A stretch of 64,000 nt of DNA, taken from contig CAZUXY010000001.1 in assembly GCA_964624235.1 (NCBI GenBank), positions 3,016 through 67,015 on the forward strand. The letters run 5' to 3'. Source of the DNA: an uncultured Leptospirales bacterium (GTDB lineage Bacteria > Spirochaetota > UBA4802 > UBA5368). A program made the translations under genes and the position numbers. This document shows, in pieces, positions 25,638 through 36,761 of the stretch (the first letter of the stretch is position 1; every line of letters starts with the position of its first letter). Under the pieces are notes generated by a model. It was not told the DNA's origin. It saw nothing but the letters and a program-made list of their open reading frames with translations, and made no database searches.

Positions 25638-28214
25638 TTATTTGAAAATAACTGTTTTGCCGTTGCTGTCTATCTTGACATTCTGTTCGGCGGCGAGTTC
25701 ACCGCCCAGCAGCCGTACCGACAGCGGGTTCAGAAGGTGTTTCTGTATGGCCCGTTTCAGGGGACGGGCCCCGAATTGAGGGTCGAACCCCGCTTCCACC
25801 AGAAAATCCAGGGCTTTCTGGGTGAGTTCCAGATGAACGCCCCTTTCACGCAGGCGCCTGCCGACCTCGTTCATCTGCAGTTTCACGATTTCCCTGATAT
25901 GCGTCTTCTCCAGGGGGTTGAAGATAATTACCTCGTCCACACGGTTCAGAAATTCTGGCTTGAAGTGGAGTTTCAGTTCCTGTTCCACGCCCTTACGCCG
26001 GTCTCCAATGGGGATGGAGGGGTCGGCGATGTAGGCGGTGCCGATGTTGGAAGTCATTATGATCAGGGTGTTCCTGAAATCGACGGTACGCCCCTTGGAG
26101 TCGGTGAGCCTGCCCTCGTCCAGTATCTGCAGAAAAATGTTGAACACGTCATGATGCGCCTTTTCTATCTCATCGAAGAGCAGCACCGAATAGGGACGGC
26201 GCCGTATGGCCTCGGTAAGCTGCCCGCCTTCATCGTATCCCACGTATCCCGGGGGAGCCCCGATGAGGCGCGCCACCGAATGCTTTTCCATATATTCAGA
26301 CATGTCTATACGCACGATGGCCTTTTCGTCATTGAAGAGAAACTCCGCCACCGCTTTGGCGGTCTCGGTTTTCCCCACACCGGTCGGTCCCAGAAATATA
26401 AATGAACCCATGGGACGGTTGGGATCCTGCATGCCCGAACGCGACCGCCTTACCGCATCCGATATTGCGATGATGGCCTCCTGCTGGCCCACCACACGCT
26501 GTTCGATGATCTTTTCCATTTTCAGGAGTTTTTCCTTTTCCCCTTCGAGCATCTTGCTCACCGGGACCCCGGTCCACCGGGACACCACCTCGGCGATTTC
26601 CTGTTCGGTCACCTCTTCCTTGAGCAGGCTTTTTTCCTTCTGGATTTCGCCCAGCCGCGCGTTAAGTTCTGTGAGCTTTTTCTCGAGTTCAATGATCTTT
26701 CCGTAGCGTATCTCGGCAACCCGGTTCAAGTTGCCCTCCCGCTCGGCTTTCTGCTCTTCGGTGCGCAGCATTTCTATCTGTTCCTTGATCTCGCGGCTCT
26801 GCCCTATCACCTCTTTCTCGGCCTTCCAGTGGCCCACCAGGTCGTTTTTCCTCTCATTGAGGTTGGCCAGTTCTTCCTCGATTCCCGAGAGTCTTTCCTT
26901 TGAAGCCTTGTCCTTTTCTTTCTTCACGGCCTCTTTTTCCACCGTCAGCTGGCGTATCTTTCGTTCTATCTCGTCGATCTCGGTGGGCATGGAGTCTATC
27001 TCCATTTTGATCCTCGAGGCCGATTCATCTATAAGGTCCACCGCCTTGTCGGGCAGAAAACGGTCTGTGATGTAGCGGTCCGAGAGCACCGCCGCCGCCA
27101 CCACCGCTGAATCTGAAATCCTCACCCCGTGATGCACCTCGTATTTTTCCTTCAGACCCCGTAGAATCGAAATGGTGTCCTCGACACCGGGTTCTGAGGT
27201 ATAGACCGGTTGAAAGCGCCGTTCCAGCGCCTTGTCTTTTTCTATGTATTTCTGGTATTCGTTAAGGGTGGTGGCGCCGATGCAACGCAACTCGCCCCGC
27301 GCCAGGGCCGGCTTCAGCATGTTCGAGGCGTCCATAGAACCTTCTGCCGCGCCGGCGCCCACCAGGGTATGGAGCTCATCGATAAAGAGTACCACCTCGC
27401 CCTCGGACTCCTCGATCTCCTGGATGACGGCCTTAAGCCGTTCCTCGAACTCACCGCGGTATTTCGCACCGGCGATGAGCGCCCCCATGTCCAGCGCGAC
27501 CAGCCGTTTGCCTTTTAAATTTTCAGGAACGTCTCCCGCGATGATCCGCTGGGCGAGTCCTTCCACGATGGCGGTCTTGCCCACGCCGGGTTCGCCTATA
27601 AGTACTGGATTGTTCTTGGTGCGGCGGGTAAGCACCTGCATCACCCGGCGGATTTCCTCGTCGCGGCCTATTACCGGATCAAGCTTGCCCACCCTGGCAA
27701 GCCGGGTGAGGTCCCTGCTGTAGCGCTCGAGCGCGTTGTATTTTTCTTCGGCCGAGGGATCGGTGACTCGCTTGCTACCCCGGATATCCATAAGCACTTT
27801 CAGTATGTTTTCGCGTGAAAGTCCATGGGCCTTGAGGATTTTCCCGGCTGAACCGCTGCTGCCGGCGAGCGCCAGTATCATATGCTCTGTGCTCATATAC
27901 AGGTCTTTGAGCTTTACCGCTTCGTTCCATGCTTCGTTCAGCACGTCGCGCAGTGCGGCGGCCATGGCCCCTCCGCCGGGACCGCCGCCTATCTGCTTGG
28001 GCAGTTCCTTAATGGCGCGGTCCACCTCGTTCTTTATTTCATACGGAGACACTCCGGCCTTCATGGCAATAGTGTGGAATATCCCCTCCTCCTGATTCAC
28101 CAGGGCCTTAAGAAGGTGCTCAGTCTGTATTTCGTAATGATTATTGCTCGTGGCTTCGTTCTGCGCCCCTGCGATGGCGTCCTGCGCCTTGAGCGTTAAT
28201 TTATCCATACGCAT
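25638..28214 (-). CDS. clpB: ATP-dependent chaperone ClpB
   Basis: 858 aa. N-domain, two AAA+ modules (GEPGVGKT and GPTGVGKT Walker A motifs) and a long middle coiled-coil. Full-length collinear ClpB architecture. Confidence 0.95.
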   Translation of the reverse strand: MRMDKLTLKAQDAIAGAQNEATSNNHYEIQTEHLLKALVNQEEGIFHTIAMKAGVSPYEIKNEVDRAIKELPKQIGGGPGGGAMAAALRDVLNEAWNEAVKLKDLYMSTEHMILALAGSSGSAGKILKAHGLSRENILKVLMDIRGSKRVTDPSAEEKYNALERYSRDLTRLARVGKLDPVIGRDEEIRRVMQVLTRRTKNNPVLIGEPGVGKTAIVEGLAQRIIAGDVPENLKGKRLVALDMGALIAGAKYRGEFEERLKAVIQEIEESEGEVVLFIDELHTLVGAGAAEGSMDASNMLKPALARGELRCIGATTLNEYQKYIEKDKALERRFQPVYTSEPGVEDTISILRGLKEKYEVHHGVRISDSAVVAAAVLSDRYITDRFLPDKAVDLIDESASRIKMEIDSMPTEIDEIERKIRQLTVEKEAVKKEKDKASKERLSGIEEELANLNERKNDLVGHWKAEKEVIGQSREIKEQIEMLRTEEQKAEREGNLNRVAEIRYGKIIELEKKLTELNARLGEIQKEKSLLKEEVTEQEIAEVVSRWTGVPVSKMLEGEKEKLLKMEKIIEQRVVGQQEAIIAISDAVRRSRSGMQDPNRPMGSFIFLGPTGVGKTETAKAVAEFLFNDEKAIVRIDMSEYMEKHSVARLIGAPPGYVGYDEGGQLTEAIRRRPYSVLLFDEIEKAHHDVFNIFLQILDEGRLTDSKGRTVDFRNTLIIMTSNIGTAYIADPSIPIGDRRKGVEQELKLHFKPEFLNRVDEVIIFNPLEKTHIREIVKLQMNEVGRRLRERGVHLELTQKALDFLVEAGFDPQFGARPLKRAIQKHLLNPLSVRLLGGELAAEQNVKIDSNGKTVIFK

Positions 28215-28530
28215 AATGCGTCCTCCAGTAGTAACGGGTTTTCGGGCAGGAAAAACCTTCAGTTAAAAACTTCGGGGGTTCGGACAGTCTGAATTACACA
28301 CAAACCCTCACCCATGAGGGCCACTCTCCCTTTCACAAAACGATACTGGATCAGGGATCGTTTTATCTCTCTTTTACATTAAAATCTACAACAAAATCAT
28401 CCATCCGTCAACAACGAACTCGGGTTTTAGTGATTCTGATCTGCAAACCGAATATCCACCCGTTAGGTGATGTCGAAGGTTTGTATTACAGGATTCCGGT
28501 TACCTTGCACCGAATAGCACGACACGGAAC

Positions 28531-29099
28531 TCAGGTAATGGGGAAAGACCGTATACCTTCAATCCACGCGGCGGCATGTTGCACGGTCTTGAGATGTATC
28601 GTACCATCGTAGAGATTCCCTGCGCTGCCGACTATACCGTCATAATCCTTCCGCAGACACTGGAAAAACGCAGGCCAATATACGTAACCGGGGACTAAAA
28701 AGTGTACCTTCAGGTGCCGGTACAGCTGGTATATCATTGCACATTCCTTGCGGGGACTGCGGTTTCCATGCTCAGGTAAATTGCATTTTTTAAACTGCTG
28801 GAGAAAACCCGCGTGATCGTCGAAACCATCCGGAAACCCGTCACACTTTTTTTGAAAGAGGGATCCCCGTATTCGACTGGATTCTGACGGCCTTTCAGGT
28901 TACAGATATGACCATTCTTTACCACGGTATAATGAATACACGCGACCGGTGATGACAGGCAGTAAGAATGCACAGGATAAATACATGAATTGGCATCAGA
29001 ATTATAAAAAGAGAGTGCAGGGCATAGATCCTGCACTCTCTCCCGGAGAAACTCCGGATTGGTGAAACGGTTTTGCATAAACCCCGTATAAAACGGCAA
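28531..29099 (-). pseudogene. hypothetical Cys-rich protein split across two overlapping frames (121 aa + 68 aa), a possible frameshifted gene
   Basis: Minus-strand ORFs 28734-29099 and 28531-28737 are in tandem and overlap by ATGA. No family recognised. The arrangement could be translational coupling of two small genes or a +1/-1 disruption. Confidence 0.3.
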
Positions 29100-29120
29100 A
29101 TTCGTAATTACACTTTCATA

Positions 29121-29474
29121 TTATAGCCTGTTCGCCATCTGATCGCTGCGACCGGCCCTACCCCAGACGGACGTGGAGTCGGGAACGCGCCTGATGGACC
29201 TGACCACCAGATCTTTTCTGCCTCCCAGCATGTTCATTACCGCGGCGCTTATAACCGCCACAATCTCATTGTTGTCTGAAACGACGGCTTTCGTTTCTAC
29301 ATATGACTGTTCCTTTACCTCCGCAACCCCCGCCGCGTTATTTTTCTTTCCCGAAAAAAAGAACTCCAATGTCTTGATAAAAAACGCCAGAAATATGAGC
29401 ACGGTAAAAGTAGTACCCATTCCCAATAGCGTCAGCAAAAGACCCAGCGTCAATTTTTCTAAACTGTCCATCAT
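29121..29474 (-). CDS. OadG/MmdD-family small subunit (Na+-translocating decarboxylase gamma/delta-like), orphan paralogue
   Basis: 117 aa. N-terminal TM LGLLLTLLGMGTTFTVLIFLAF. Shares roughly 55% identity with the in-operon copy at 32014-32364, including the C-terminal tail VVRSIRR..VWGR.GR.DQMA.RL. Confidence 0.65.
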   Translation of the reverse strand: MMDSLEKLTLGLLLTLLGMGTTFTVLIFLAFFIKTLEFFFSGKKNNAAGVAEVKEQSYVETKAVVSDNNEIVAVISAAVMNMLGGRKDLVVRSIRRVPDSTSVWGRAGRSDQMANRL

Positions 29475-29759
29475 AAACCTCCGATTAACTGAATTGTTGT
29501 TTTACTTCAGCACTTGAATCGCTGTACCTGAAACCCGCATGATGGACCATTTGGCACCGCGAGTTATAAGAATAAAATATTTCCCTTTTTCTACCCGCAC
29601 AACCATTCAGGTTTTAAGCACCAGACAGTGATACTTCATTCCCAGGTTTCGTCTTGTAGTTGAGGCAGTCCCCGCTTTTTGCAGGATAAACCATGTTCCT
29701 TCTTCTATTACGCTCCGGTCAGGCGCTATCGTTTCCTTATGAGGGCCCATAAACGCAAT

Positions 29760-29930
29760 AGATAAATAAACACAGTAAAATGTATAGTATATAATATACT
29801 ACTTAAAAATATTATTTAAAGAAAATATTTATTATAATATAATAAATAAATATATAAATATATTTTATGCTATTATGTTTATTTGTATTTGGCTATATTT
29901 ATAGACATTATTTTACTCAATTTACATGAC
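29760..29930. other. extreme AT-rich tract (about 170 bp, more than 85% A+T) upstream of the orphan oadG-like gene
   Basis: TAAATAAACACAGTAAAATGTATAGTATATAATATACTACTTAAAAATATTATTTAAAGAAAATATTTATTATAATATAATAAATAAATATATAAATATATTTTATGC... The flanks are about 50% GC. Confidence 0.6.
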
Positions 29931-30274
29931 AATGGACACTCGATCCCGGTATTTCTTATATGACGACATTGTCGAAAAACCCCATGACCGCCAGGACATA
30001 CGTTTTCAGCCGTATTTGCTTGTTCATTAAAACAGTACGATGATACTACCGAAACAATATCTGCTCACTTTCAATTAATGTTATCCCGATTAATGCGATG
30101 AGCATGCAACAACGGTGACACGCATACTGCATCAAAAACATATTCAATCGGCAGGTTAAAGAATAAATCCTGAATGGGGTTTATCGATTCAAATACATCA
30201 ACTGTCCGTATATTTCAGTTGCGCGGTGAATACATCAGGGCAGTTCTAAAAAGAAACGCTGCGGGGATAGCGTA

Positions 30275-30312
30275 ATAAAAAACCCTCCCCCGCCGGCGGC
30301 GAAGGAGGGTTT
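30275..30312 (-). terminator. intrinsic terminator of the mmd operon
   Basis: On the minus strand: AACCCTCC-loop-GGAGGGTT followed by TTTTTT, 28 nt past the mmdB stop. Confidence 0.6.
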
Positions 30313-30339
30313 TCGTGGTTTATCAAATTTGAACCGGAA

Positions 30340-31563
30340 TTACATTCCGCTGCACATCGCCAGCAGAACACCGGCTGCAACCGCGGAACCGATAACACCG
30401 GCGACGTTGGGCCCCATGGCGTGCATCAGCAGAAAGTTTGCGGGATTATACTCCTGTCCCACCTTCTGCGAAACACGGGCGGCCATGGGAACGGCCGATA
30501 CGCCGGCAGAACCGATGAGAGGATTAACCTTGCCTCCGGAAACGATATACATGACTTTTCCAAAAATCACCCCGGCAGCGGTCCCGACCGAAAATGCCGC
30601 AAGTCCAAGAAATACTATACCGAGGGTCTTGGGCTGCAGAAAGAGCGCTCCATTCGCCGTTGCGCCGACCGTCGTCCCCAGGAAGATGGTGACAATGTTG
30701 ATCAGCTCGTTCTCGGCGGTCTTGGAAAGCCTGCTGAGTATCGGCTGAAACTTGATCGCTTCCCTGAAAAGATTACCCAGCATCAGCATTCCGATCAGAG
30801 GTGCGGCGGGCGGCAGTATGAGAGAAACCACCACCGTAACCAGCACCGGAAAAATGATCTTTTCAGTCGGCGATACGGGACGCAGCTGTTCCATCACCAC
30901 CTCGCGCTCTTTTTTGGTCGTGAGCGCTTTCATGATGGGAGGCTGAATCAGTGGCACCAGGGCCATGTACGAGTAGGCCGCGACGGCGATGGGGCCAAGC
31001 ATATGCGGCGCCAGTCGCGCGGTAAGGTATATGGCGGTTGGGCCGTCGGCGCCGCCGATGATCCCTATGGATGCCGCCTCCCTGATCGTATACGTCAGAC
31101 CGGGGATAAAATCCAGCAACAGGGCGCCGAGCAGCGTGGTGAAAATGCCGAACTGGGCGGCAGCACCGAGCAATATACTCTTGGGGTTGGCGATCAGGGG
31201 ACCGAAATCGGTCATGGCGCCGACGCCGAAGAAGATCAGCGGCGGGTATATTCCCATTTTAACACCCTGGTACAGGTAATACAACAGACCGCCGATCTCT
31301 TTCATCTTCTGTGTCGCGACACCTGTCGCCGGGTCGACCACCGTTTCATATATCGGCGCCGACATGAGGCCGGCCATGGGAAGGTTCGCCAGCAGCATGC
31401 CAAAGGCAATGGGAAGCAGCAGCAGCGGCTCGAATCCTTTTTTCAATGCCAGGTATATCAGCACGAACGATATTACTAGCATAACCCCTTCCTGCCAGGT
31501 AAAGGCGACAAAGCCTGTAGTCTGCAGGAATTTTACTATAGAATCAGTCAAAGACAATGACAT
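30340..31563 (-). CDS. mmdB: Na+-translocating methylmalonyl-CoA/oxaloacetate decarboxylase beta subunit (membrane pump subunit)
   Basis: 407 aa polytopic protein. N-terminal [18 protein letters not shown]..., conserved [11 protein letters not shown] and an aspartate-containing core match OadB/MmdB/GcdB. Confidence 0.9.
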   Translation of the reverse strand: MSLSLTDSIVKFLQTTGFVAFTWQEGVMLVISFVLIYLALKKGFEPLLLLPIAFGMLLANLPMAGLMSAPIYETVVDPATGVATQKMKEIGGLLYYLYQGVKMGIYPPLIFFGVGAMTDFGPLIANPKSILLGAAAQFGIFTTLLGALLLDFIPGLTYTIREAASIGIIGGADGPTAIYLTARLAPHMLGPIAVAAYSYMALVPLIQPPIMKALTTKKEREVVMEQLRPVSPTEKIIFPVLVTVVVSLILPPAAPLIGMLMLGNLFREAIKFQPILSRLSKTAENELINIVTIFLGTTVGATANGALFLQPKTLGIVFLGLAAFSVGTAAGVIFGKVMYIVSGGKVNPLIGSAGVSAVPMAARVSQKVGQEYNPANFLLMHAMGPNVAGVIGSAVAAGVLLAMCSGM

Positions 31564-31603
31564 GTGGATACCTCCAATTTTTAATCAGAACCCAGGGCCT
31601 GTC

Positions 31604-31972
31604 TTAACTGATTTCGATGAGCACTTGACCGGTATTGACCGAATCGCCCTGCTTTACCGCGATGGACGCGACGACTCCGTCTACTCCGGACTTGATCTCA
31701 TTTTCCATCTTCATGGCCTCGAGCATCAACAGAAGCTGACCTTTCTTGACCGTATCCCCCTGTTTCACTTTGATACTAAGTATCGTTCCGGGCATGGGAG
31801 CGGTTATGGTCTTGCTTCCGGCGGCGACAGCGGGTGCTGCCTTGGGTGCGGCTTTTGGTGCCGCGGCTGGCGCAGACGCGGACCGCGAAACCGGTGCTGA
31901 TACCGCGCCGCCCATCTCTTCCACTTCTACTTCATAGCTGGTACCGTTGACGGTTATATTGAATTTCCTCAT
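31604..31972 (-). CDS. mmdC: biotin carboxyl-carrier subunit of the decarboxylase (biotinyl domain)
   Basis: 122 aa. Ala/Pro-rich linker then GDTVKKGQLLLMLEAMKMENEI with the biotinyl-lysine AMKM motif. Confidence 0.85.
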   Translation of the reverse strand: MRKFNITVNGTSYEVEVEEMGGAVSAPVSRSASAPAAAPKAAPKAAPAVAAGSKTITAPMPGTILSIKVKQGDTVKKGQLLLMLEAMKMENEIKSGVDGVVASIAVKQGDSVNTGQVLIEIS

Positions 31973-32013
31973 GATATGATGTTCCTCCTGAAATTGTTCT
32001 TACTCATTTGTTG

Positions 32014-32364
32014 TTACAGCCGTGAGGCCATCTGGTCCTGACGCCCCATGCGTCCCCAGACCGGCGTGCCGTCCGCAGAGCGGCGTATGGACCGCACTAC
32101 CAACTGTGTGGCGCCGGCGGCACAGGCTGCTATCGCAGCCGATATAACGGCGGCGATATCGTTCCCGCTTGCCGATACAGCGCTTTGCATGCCGGTTACC
32201 GGCCCCTCGGTCACTACCGCATCAGTTTTTACTTTTTTTTTACCACCAAAAAGATATTCCATCAATTTGAACGTATATGCCAGGAATATCAACACCACAA
32301 AGGTGGTTCCCATTCCAAGCACGGTCAGAATCAATCCAATCCAAAGCTTATCGACTGTTTCCAT
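32014..32364 (-). CDS. mmdD: decarboxylase small membrane subunit (OadG/MmdD family)
   Basis: 116 aa. TM LILTVLGMGTTFVVLIFLAY. Located between the carboxyltransferase and biotin-carrier genes as in mmdADCB operons. Confidence 0.7.
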   Translation of the reverse strand: METVDKLWIGLILTVLGMGTTFVVLIFLAYTFKLMEYLFGGKKKVKTDAVVTEGPVTGMQSAVSASGNDIAAVISAAIAACAAGATQLVVRSIRRSADGTPVWGRMGRQDQMASRL

Positions 32365-32382
32365 ACTTTACCTCGTATACCG

Positions 32383-33930
32383 TTACACCGGCAGATTGCC
32401 GTGTTTCTTGGCCGGCAGGGTTTCGCGCTTGCTCACCAGCATCTCGAAAGCGCTGATGACCATCTTCCTTGAAGCCGCCGGTTCTATTACATCATCCACA
32501 TAACCGCGGGATGCGGCGATATAAGGAGTGGCGAATCTTCCACGGTATTCCGTAATTTTATCCGCTCTGGCCTTTACCTTGTCCTGCGCCGCGTCGATTT
32601 CATTCTTGAATATGATGTTCGCCGCTCCGTCGGGGCCCATAACCGCGATCTCCGCCGAAGGCCATGCGTACACCACATCAGCTCCAAGGTCCTTGCTGCA
32701 CATTGCGAGATACGCCCCGCCATATGCTTTCCGAACAATCAGCGTTACCTTGGGAACGGTGGCCTCGGAGTATGCGTACAGCATCTTCGCACCGTGCCGT
32801 ATGATGCCGCCGTATTCCTGCGTGGTTCCAGGCAGAAATCCAGGAACATCAACGATATTGAGTATCGGGATATTAAACGCATCACACGTTCTGATAAAAC
32901 GCCCCGCCTTGTCTGAAGCGTTGATGTCAAGACATCCCGCAAGCTGCATAGGCTGATTGGCGATGATTCCTATGCTCTGACCGTTCATCCTGGCGTAACC
33001 GGTGATGATGTTCGCGGCATAGTAGGGCTGTACTTCCAAGAAATCACCGTTGTCGACGATGGCGGTGATGATGTCCTTCATGTCATAGGCCTTGTTGGGG
33101 CTGTCGGGCATGATGGTGTTAAGGCTAAGCTCCATCCTGTTAAGGTCATCGTTACACTCGAATACCGGCGCCGATTCCATGTTGTTCGAAGGAAGAAAGC
33201 TCAGCAGCCTTCTGATCTCTTCAATACAATGCTTGTCGTCATTAGCGAAAAAGTGCGCGACACCGCTAATGCTGTTATGCGTCATCGCTCCGCCCAGGTC
33301 TTCCGATGAAACCTCTTCTCCGGTGACGGTCTTGATTACCTGGGGACCGGTGATGAACATCTGACTCGTCTTATCTACCATAAATATAAAGTCGGTAATG
33401 GCAGGCGAGTATACCGCTCCACCGGCACTCGGTCCCATAATTGCGGATATCTGAGGAATAACACCTGACGCCCTGGTGTTCCTGAAAAATATGTTGCCGT
33501 ACCCTGAAAGGGCATCCACCCCTTCCTGTATACGCGCGCCGCCCGAGTCGTTTATTCCGACCACGGGGGCTCCCATTTTTACTCCAAGGTCCAGGACCTT
33601 GCAGATTTTCTTCGCGTGCATTTCACCAAGAGATCCGCCTATGACGGTAAAATCCTGGGCATACGTATACACCAGCCTGCCGTCGACCGTACCGTACCCG
33701 GTTACCACACCTTCCGCGGGGGCTTCAGTCTTCTCAAAACCGAACTCGGTGCATCGATGCTTCACAAAGGCATCGATCTCTACAAAACTCCCTTCGTCCA
33801 TGAGCAGATTGATTCTTTCACGCGCGGTAAGCTTTCCGGTTTCGTGCTGCTTGGCAATTCTCTTTTCGCCGCCACCCTTTTCGATGGCTTCTCTCAGTTT
33901 ATGCAACTCATTGATCTTGTCAGTTGCCAT
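32383..33930 (-). CDS. mmdA: methylmalonyl-CoA decarboxylase alpha subunit / carboxyltransferase (acyl-CoA carboxylase beta-chain family)
   Basis: 515 aa. GKLTARERI, INDSGGARIQEG and GPSAGGAVYSPA motifs, plus a duplicated crotonase-like carboxyltransferase fold. Confidence 0.9.
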   Translation of the reverse strand: MATDKINELHKLREAIEKGGGEKRIAKQHETGKLTARERINLLMDEGSFVEIDAFVKHRCTEFGFEKTEAPAEGVVTGYGTVDGRLVYTYAQDFTVIGGSLGEMHAKKICKVLDLGVKMGAPVVGINDSGGARIQEGVDALSGYGNIFFRNTRASGVIPQISAIMGPSAGGAVYSPAITDFIFMVDKTSQMFITGPQVIKTVTGEEVSSEDLGGAMTHNSISGVAHFFANDDKHCIEEIRRLLSFLPSNNMESAPVFECNDDLNRMELSLNTIMPDSPNKAYDMKDIITAIVDNGDFLEVQPYYAANIITGYARMNGQSIGIIANQPMQLAGCLDINASDKAGRFIRTCDAFNIPILNIVDVPGFLPGTTQEYGGIIRHGAKMLYAYSEATVPKVTLIVRKAYGGAYLAMCSKDLGADVVYAWPSAEIAVMGPDGAANIIFKNEIDAAQDKVKARADKITEYRGRFATPYIAASRGYVDDVIEPAASRKMVISAFEMLVSKRETLPAKKHGNLPV

Positions 33931-33948
33931 GTACTAACGCCTCCTACC

Positions 33949-34347
33949 TTATTTTCTTTCACAGAGCTCTATCAACACACCGTTGGTGCTCTTTGGATGC
34001 AGAAAGGCGATCCTCGCACCTCCAGCACCATATCTCGGCTTTTCATCGATAAGTCTGACGCCCTGCCCCTTTAAATTCGCAAGCGCTTCCTCGATGTTCT
34101 GCACACGAAAAGCCATGTGCTGAATACCCTGTCCGTTCTTCTCGATAAACTTCGCGATAGGGCCGTCAGGCGAAGTGGATTCGAGCAGTTCGACCTCTGA
34201 ATCGCCTATCGGGAAAAACACCACTTTGACCTTCTGTTCTTCCACAACTTCCTCACCGGTAGCCTTGAGTCCCAAAGCCTCATATATCTTTTTCGACTCT
34301 TCCAGGTTGGATACTGCAATTCCGATGTGGTCCACTTTTACTACCAT
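33949..34347 (-). CDS. methylmalonyl-CoA epimerase (VOC/glyoxalase fold)
   Basis: 132 aa. [17 protein letters not shown] and GVLIEL motifs. Confidence 0.85.
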   Translation of the reverse strand: MVVKVDHIGIAVSNLEESKKIYEALGLKATGEEVVEEQKVKVVFFPIGDSEVELLESTSPDGPIAKFIEKNGQGIQHMAFRVQNIEEALANLKGQGVRLIDEKPRYGAGGARIAFLHPKSTNGVLIELCERK

Positions 34348-34477
34348 CTTTTACCTCCTCTCCGTTGAAGTCATATATTAGATCTGCAGCAGACCCGAGA
34401 CAGCACGGGCTTTTCCTACCTCCGACAGTAGAGACGGGAAAAGCCCGCAGGTTCCTCCGGTTATGCGGCAATTCTAT

Positions 34478-35977
34478 TTACTTCATACTTCCCGTCTCAA
34501 CAAACTTCGCGTGCCACGACAACGCTTCTCTCAGCATGTGCGGCGTGTGTTTGAACTTGCCCGCCTCAGCCCGTTTAAAATAATCGTTGAGCATGGGACG
34601 GTAGTCCGGATGAGCACAGTTGTTGATGACCAGCTTCGCCCTCTCCTTGGGACTCAGTCCTCTCATATCCGCCACACCCTGGTCGGTAATAATGACCATA
34701 ACTTCATGCTCGGTATGGTCTATATGGGCGCACATGGGGACTATGGAAGAAATGGCGCCTTTTCTCGCGATCGATTCAGTGGTGAATATGGTGATATAGC
34801 CGTTGCGGGTGAAGTCGCCCGAGCCGCCGATACCGTTCATCATGCGCGAACCCATTATGTGGGTTGAATTCACATGCCCATAGATGTCGCATTCGATGGC
34901 GGTATTCATGGTGATAACACCGAGTCTGCGGGCTATCTCGGGATGGTTACTGATTTCCTGCGGCCTCATAAGTATAACCTTGCGGTATTTCTGTTCAAGA
35001 TTATCGTAAAAGGGTTTGAGACCGTTCTTGGACAGCGTTATGGATGTGCATGACACCGCCTTGGCTTTTCCGGAATCGATGAGTTCCAGCATGGAATCCT
35101 GTAAAACTTCAGTGTAGCAGGTAAGGTTTTCAAACTTGGAATGCGCAAGACCGCCCAGCACCGCGTTGGCGACGCTTCCCACACCCGACTGCAGGGGCAG
35201 CAGGTTCTTGGGCAGTCTTCCCTGCTTTACTTCGTTTTCAAAAAAATCGATCAGATGACCAGAAATGGCCTTGGAAGCATCATCCACAGGCGCAAGATCC
35301 CTGGTGGTGTCTTTAATGTCGCATATCACCACCGCGGCGATTTTTTCGGGCCCGCAGGGGATATAGGGTGTCCCGATCCTGTCATCGGTGCGATAAATCG
35401 GGATTTCTCTTCTGTTGGGCGGATCCGCAGGCATGTAGATATCATGCATACCCTCCAGCGCCAGCGGCTGGGTGGTATTAACTTCTACTATGACTTTCTC
35501 CGCCATTTTTACATAACTCGGCGTGTTGCCTACCGACGTGGAGGGGACGATATGCCCGTCCTCGGTAATGGCGACCGCTTCGACTATAGCATAATCAAAC
35601 TTCCCAAGAAAACCATACCGTGTGTACTGGGCAACCTGGCTCAGATGTATATCGAGGTACTCTGTAACACCATCATTGATGTTGTTCCGCATATCGTTCG
35701 TGGTTTGATACGGCAGACGTTTGGTTACCATCTTCGCCCTGGCAAGATGACCGTCCAGTTCGTCACCAACCGATGCGCCGGTGCAAAGCTTTACCTTGAT
35801 TTTCTCGCCGCCTTCGGTGACGCGCTTAGCGAGGGCAATGGGAACGCACTTGGGATATCCCGCAGGGGTAAACCCGCTGCAACCCAGGGTCATTCCGTCC
35901 TTGATCATCGCCGCGGCCTGTTCGGCAGTCATGATTTTTTTCATACATTCTTTACTGCGAATTCTGTCCTCGTGCAT
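34478..35977 (-). CDS. succinyl-CoA:acetate/propionate CoA-transferase (acetyl-CoA hydrolase/transferase family, Cat1/ScpC-like)
   Basis: 499 aa. GCSGFTPAGYP near the N-terminus and EVNSTHIMGSRMMNGIGGSGDF near the C-terminus fit the AcetylCoA_hydro/CoA-transferase family. The likely true start is the internal MKKIMTAEQ at about 35944. Confidence 0.85.
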   Translation of the reverse strand: MHEDRIRSKECMKKIMTAEQAAAMIKDGMTLGCSGFTPAGYPKCVPIALAKRVTEGGEKIKVKLCTGASVGDELDGHLARAKMVTKRLPYQTTNDMRNNINDGVTEYLDIHLSQVAQYTRYGFLGKFDYAIVEAVAITEDGHIVPSTSVGNTPSYVKMAEKVIVEVNTTQPLALEGMHDIYMPADPPNRREIPIYRTDDRIGTPYIPCGPEKIAAVVICDIKDTTRDLAPVDDASKAISGHLIDFFENEVKQGRLPKNLLPLQSGVGSVANAVLGGLAHSKFENLTCYTEVLQDSMLELIDSGKAKAVSCTSITLSKNGLKPFYDNLEQKYRKVILMRPQEISNHPEIARRLGVITMNTAIECDIYGHVNSTHIMGSRMMNGIGGSGDFTRNGYITIFTTESIARKGAISSIVPMCAHIDHTEHEVMVIITDQGVADMRGLSPKERAKLVINNCAHPDYRPMLNDYFKRAEAGKFKHTPHMLREALSWHAKFVETGSMK

Positions 35978-36102
35978 TGCTCTTTCTCCTTTGTAATTAT
36001 TGTTTCAAACTTTCCCTTTAACCTTTAAAACCCGGCTTTAAAACATCACTGCTTACCACTATTCAAATCCGGCGTAAACCGGACTCATTTGCCGTAATTG
36101 TA

Positions 36103-36630
36103 TTAATTCTCTATACCCGTGCGGGCGTTCACTCCCGCGTTGTAGTAATGCTTGATTTCTTTCATCTCGGTTACGAGATCACAGGCTTCAATCAGCTCAG
36201 GCGTCGCCCCTCTCCCGGTGATGACCAGTTCCTTATCAGCCGGTTTTATGCGAATCAACTCAAGTATTTCATCTATGGTGATCAGTTTGAAAAGACTTGC
36301 GGTGACAATTTCATCGAGAACAACGAGGGAGAAGGACGGGTCTGAAAGAGCTTCTTTAGCCCTGGACATCCCCTTCCGTGCAAGGCGGTAATGCTCTTCC
36401 ATGTTCTCGTCATCGGGACGGCAGAACGCAGGGCTTCCGTACTGCTCAATTACCACCAGGCCGCCGAAGAACCTGACGGAATCGAGTTCACTGTACCGCT
36501 GCCCTTTCATGAACTGAACGATAATAGTCCTCAGTTCTGCGCCTGCGGCGCGGAAGGCCAGTCCGAGAGCGGCGGTGGTTTTGCCTTTACCGTTTCCGGT
36601 ATAAAGCTGTACGTAGCCTTTTTTCAGCAT
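36103..36630 (-). CDS. cobO: cob(I)yrinic acid a,c-diamide / corrinoid adenosyltransferase
   Basis: 175 aa. P-loop YTGNGKGKTTAALG, FMKG and VVLDEI match BtuR/CobO. Would supply adenosylcobalamin to the adjacent mutase. Confidence 0.85.
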   Translation of the reverse strand: MLKKGYVQLYTGNGKGKTTAALGLAFRAAGAELRTIIVQFMKGQRYSELDSVRFFGGLVVIEQYGSPAFCRPDDENMEEHYRLARKGMSRAKEALSDPSFSLVVLDEIVTASLFKLITIDEILELIRIKPADKELVITGRGATPELIEACDLVTEMKEIKHYYNAGVNARTGIEN

Positions 36631-36761
36631 ACCTCACTCCAAGGTGATGTTAGTTATAACCATAGCTGTTACGGGAAAAAATTCTAAAAAAAGAGATATT
36701 CAGCAAAAAAAAAATATAAAAATATAATTATTTGTCGTTTCTTTGCTGATCCCGCCTCTGC

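Noticed and set aside
28215-28430. CIRCE/HrcA operator or sigma32 promoter upstream of clpB.
   Set aside because: No TTAGCACTC-N9-GAGTGCTAA-like inverted repeat or convincing sigma32 -35/-10 was found by eye.
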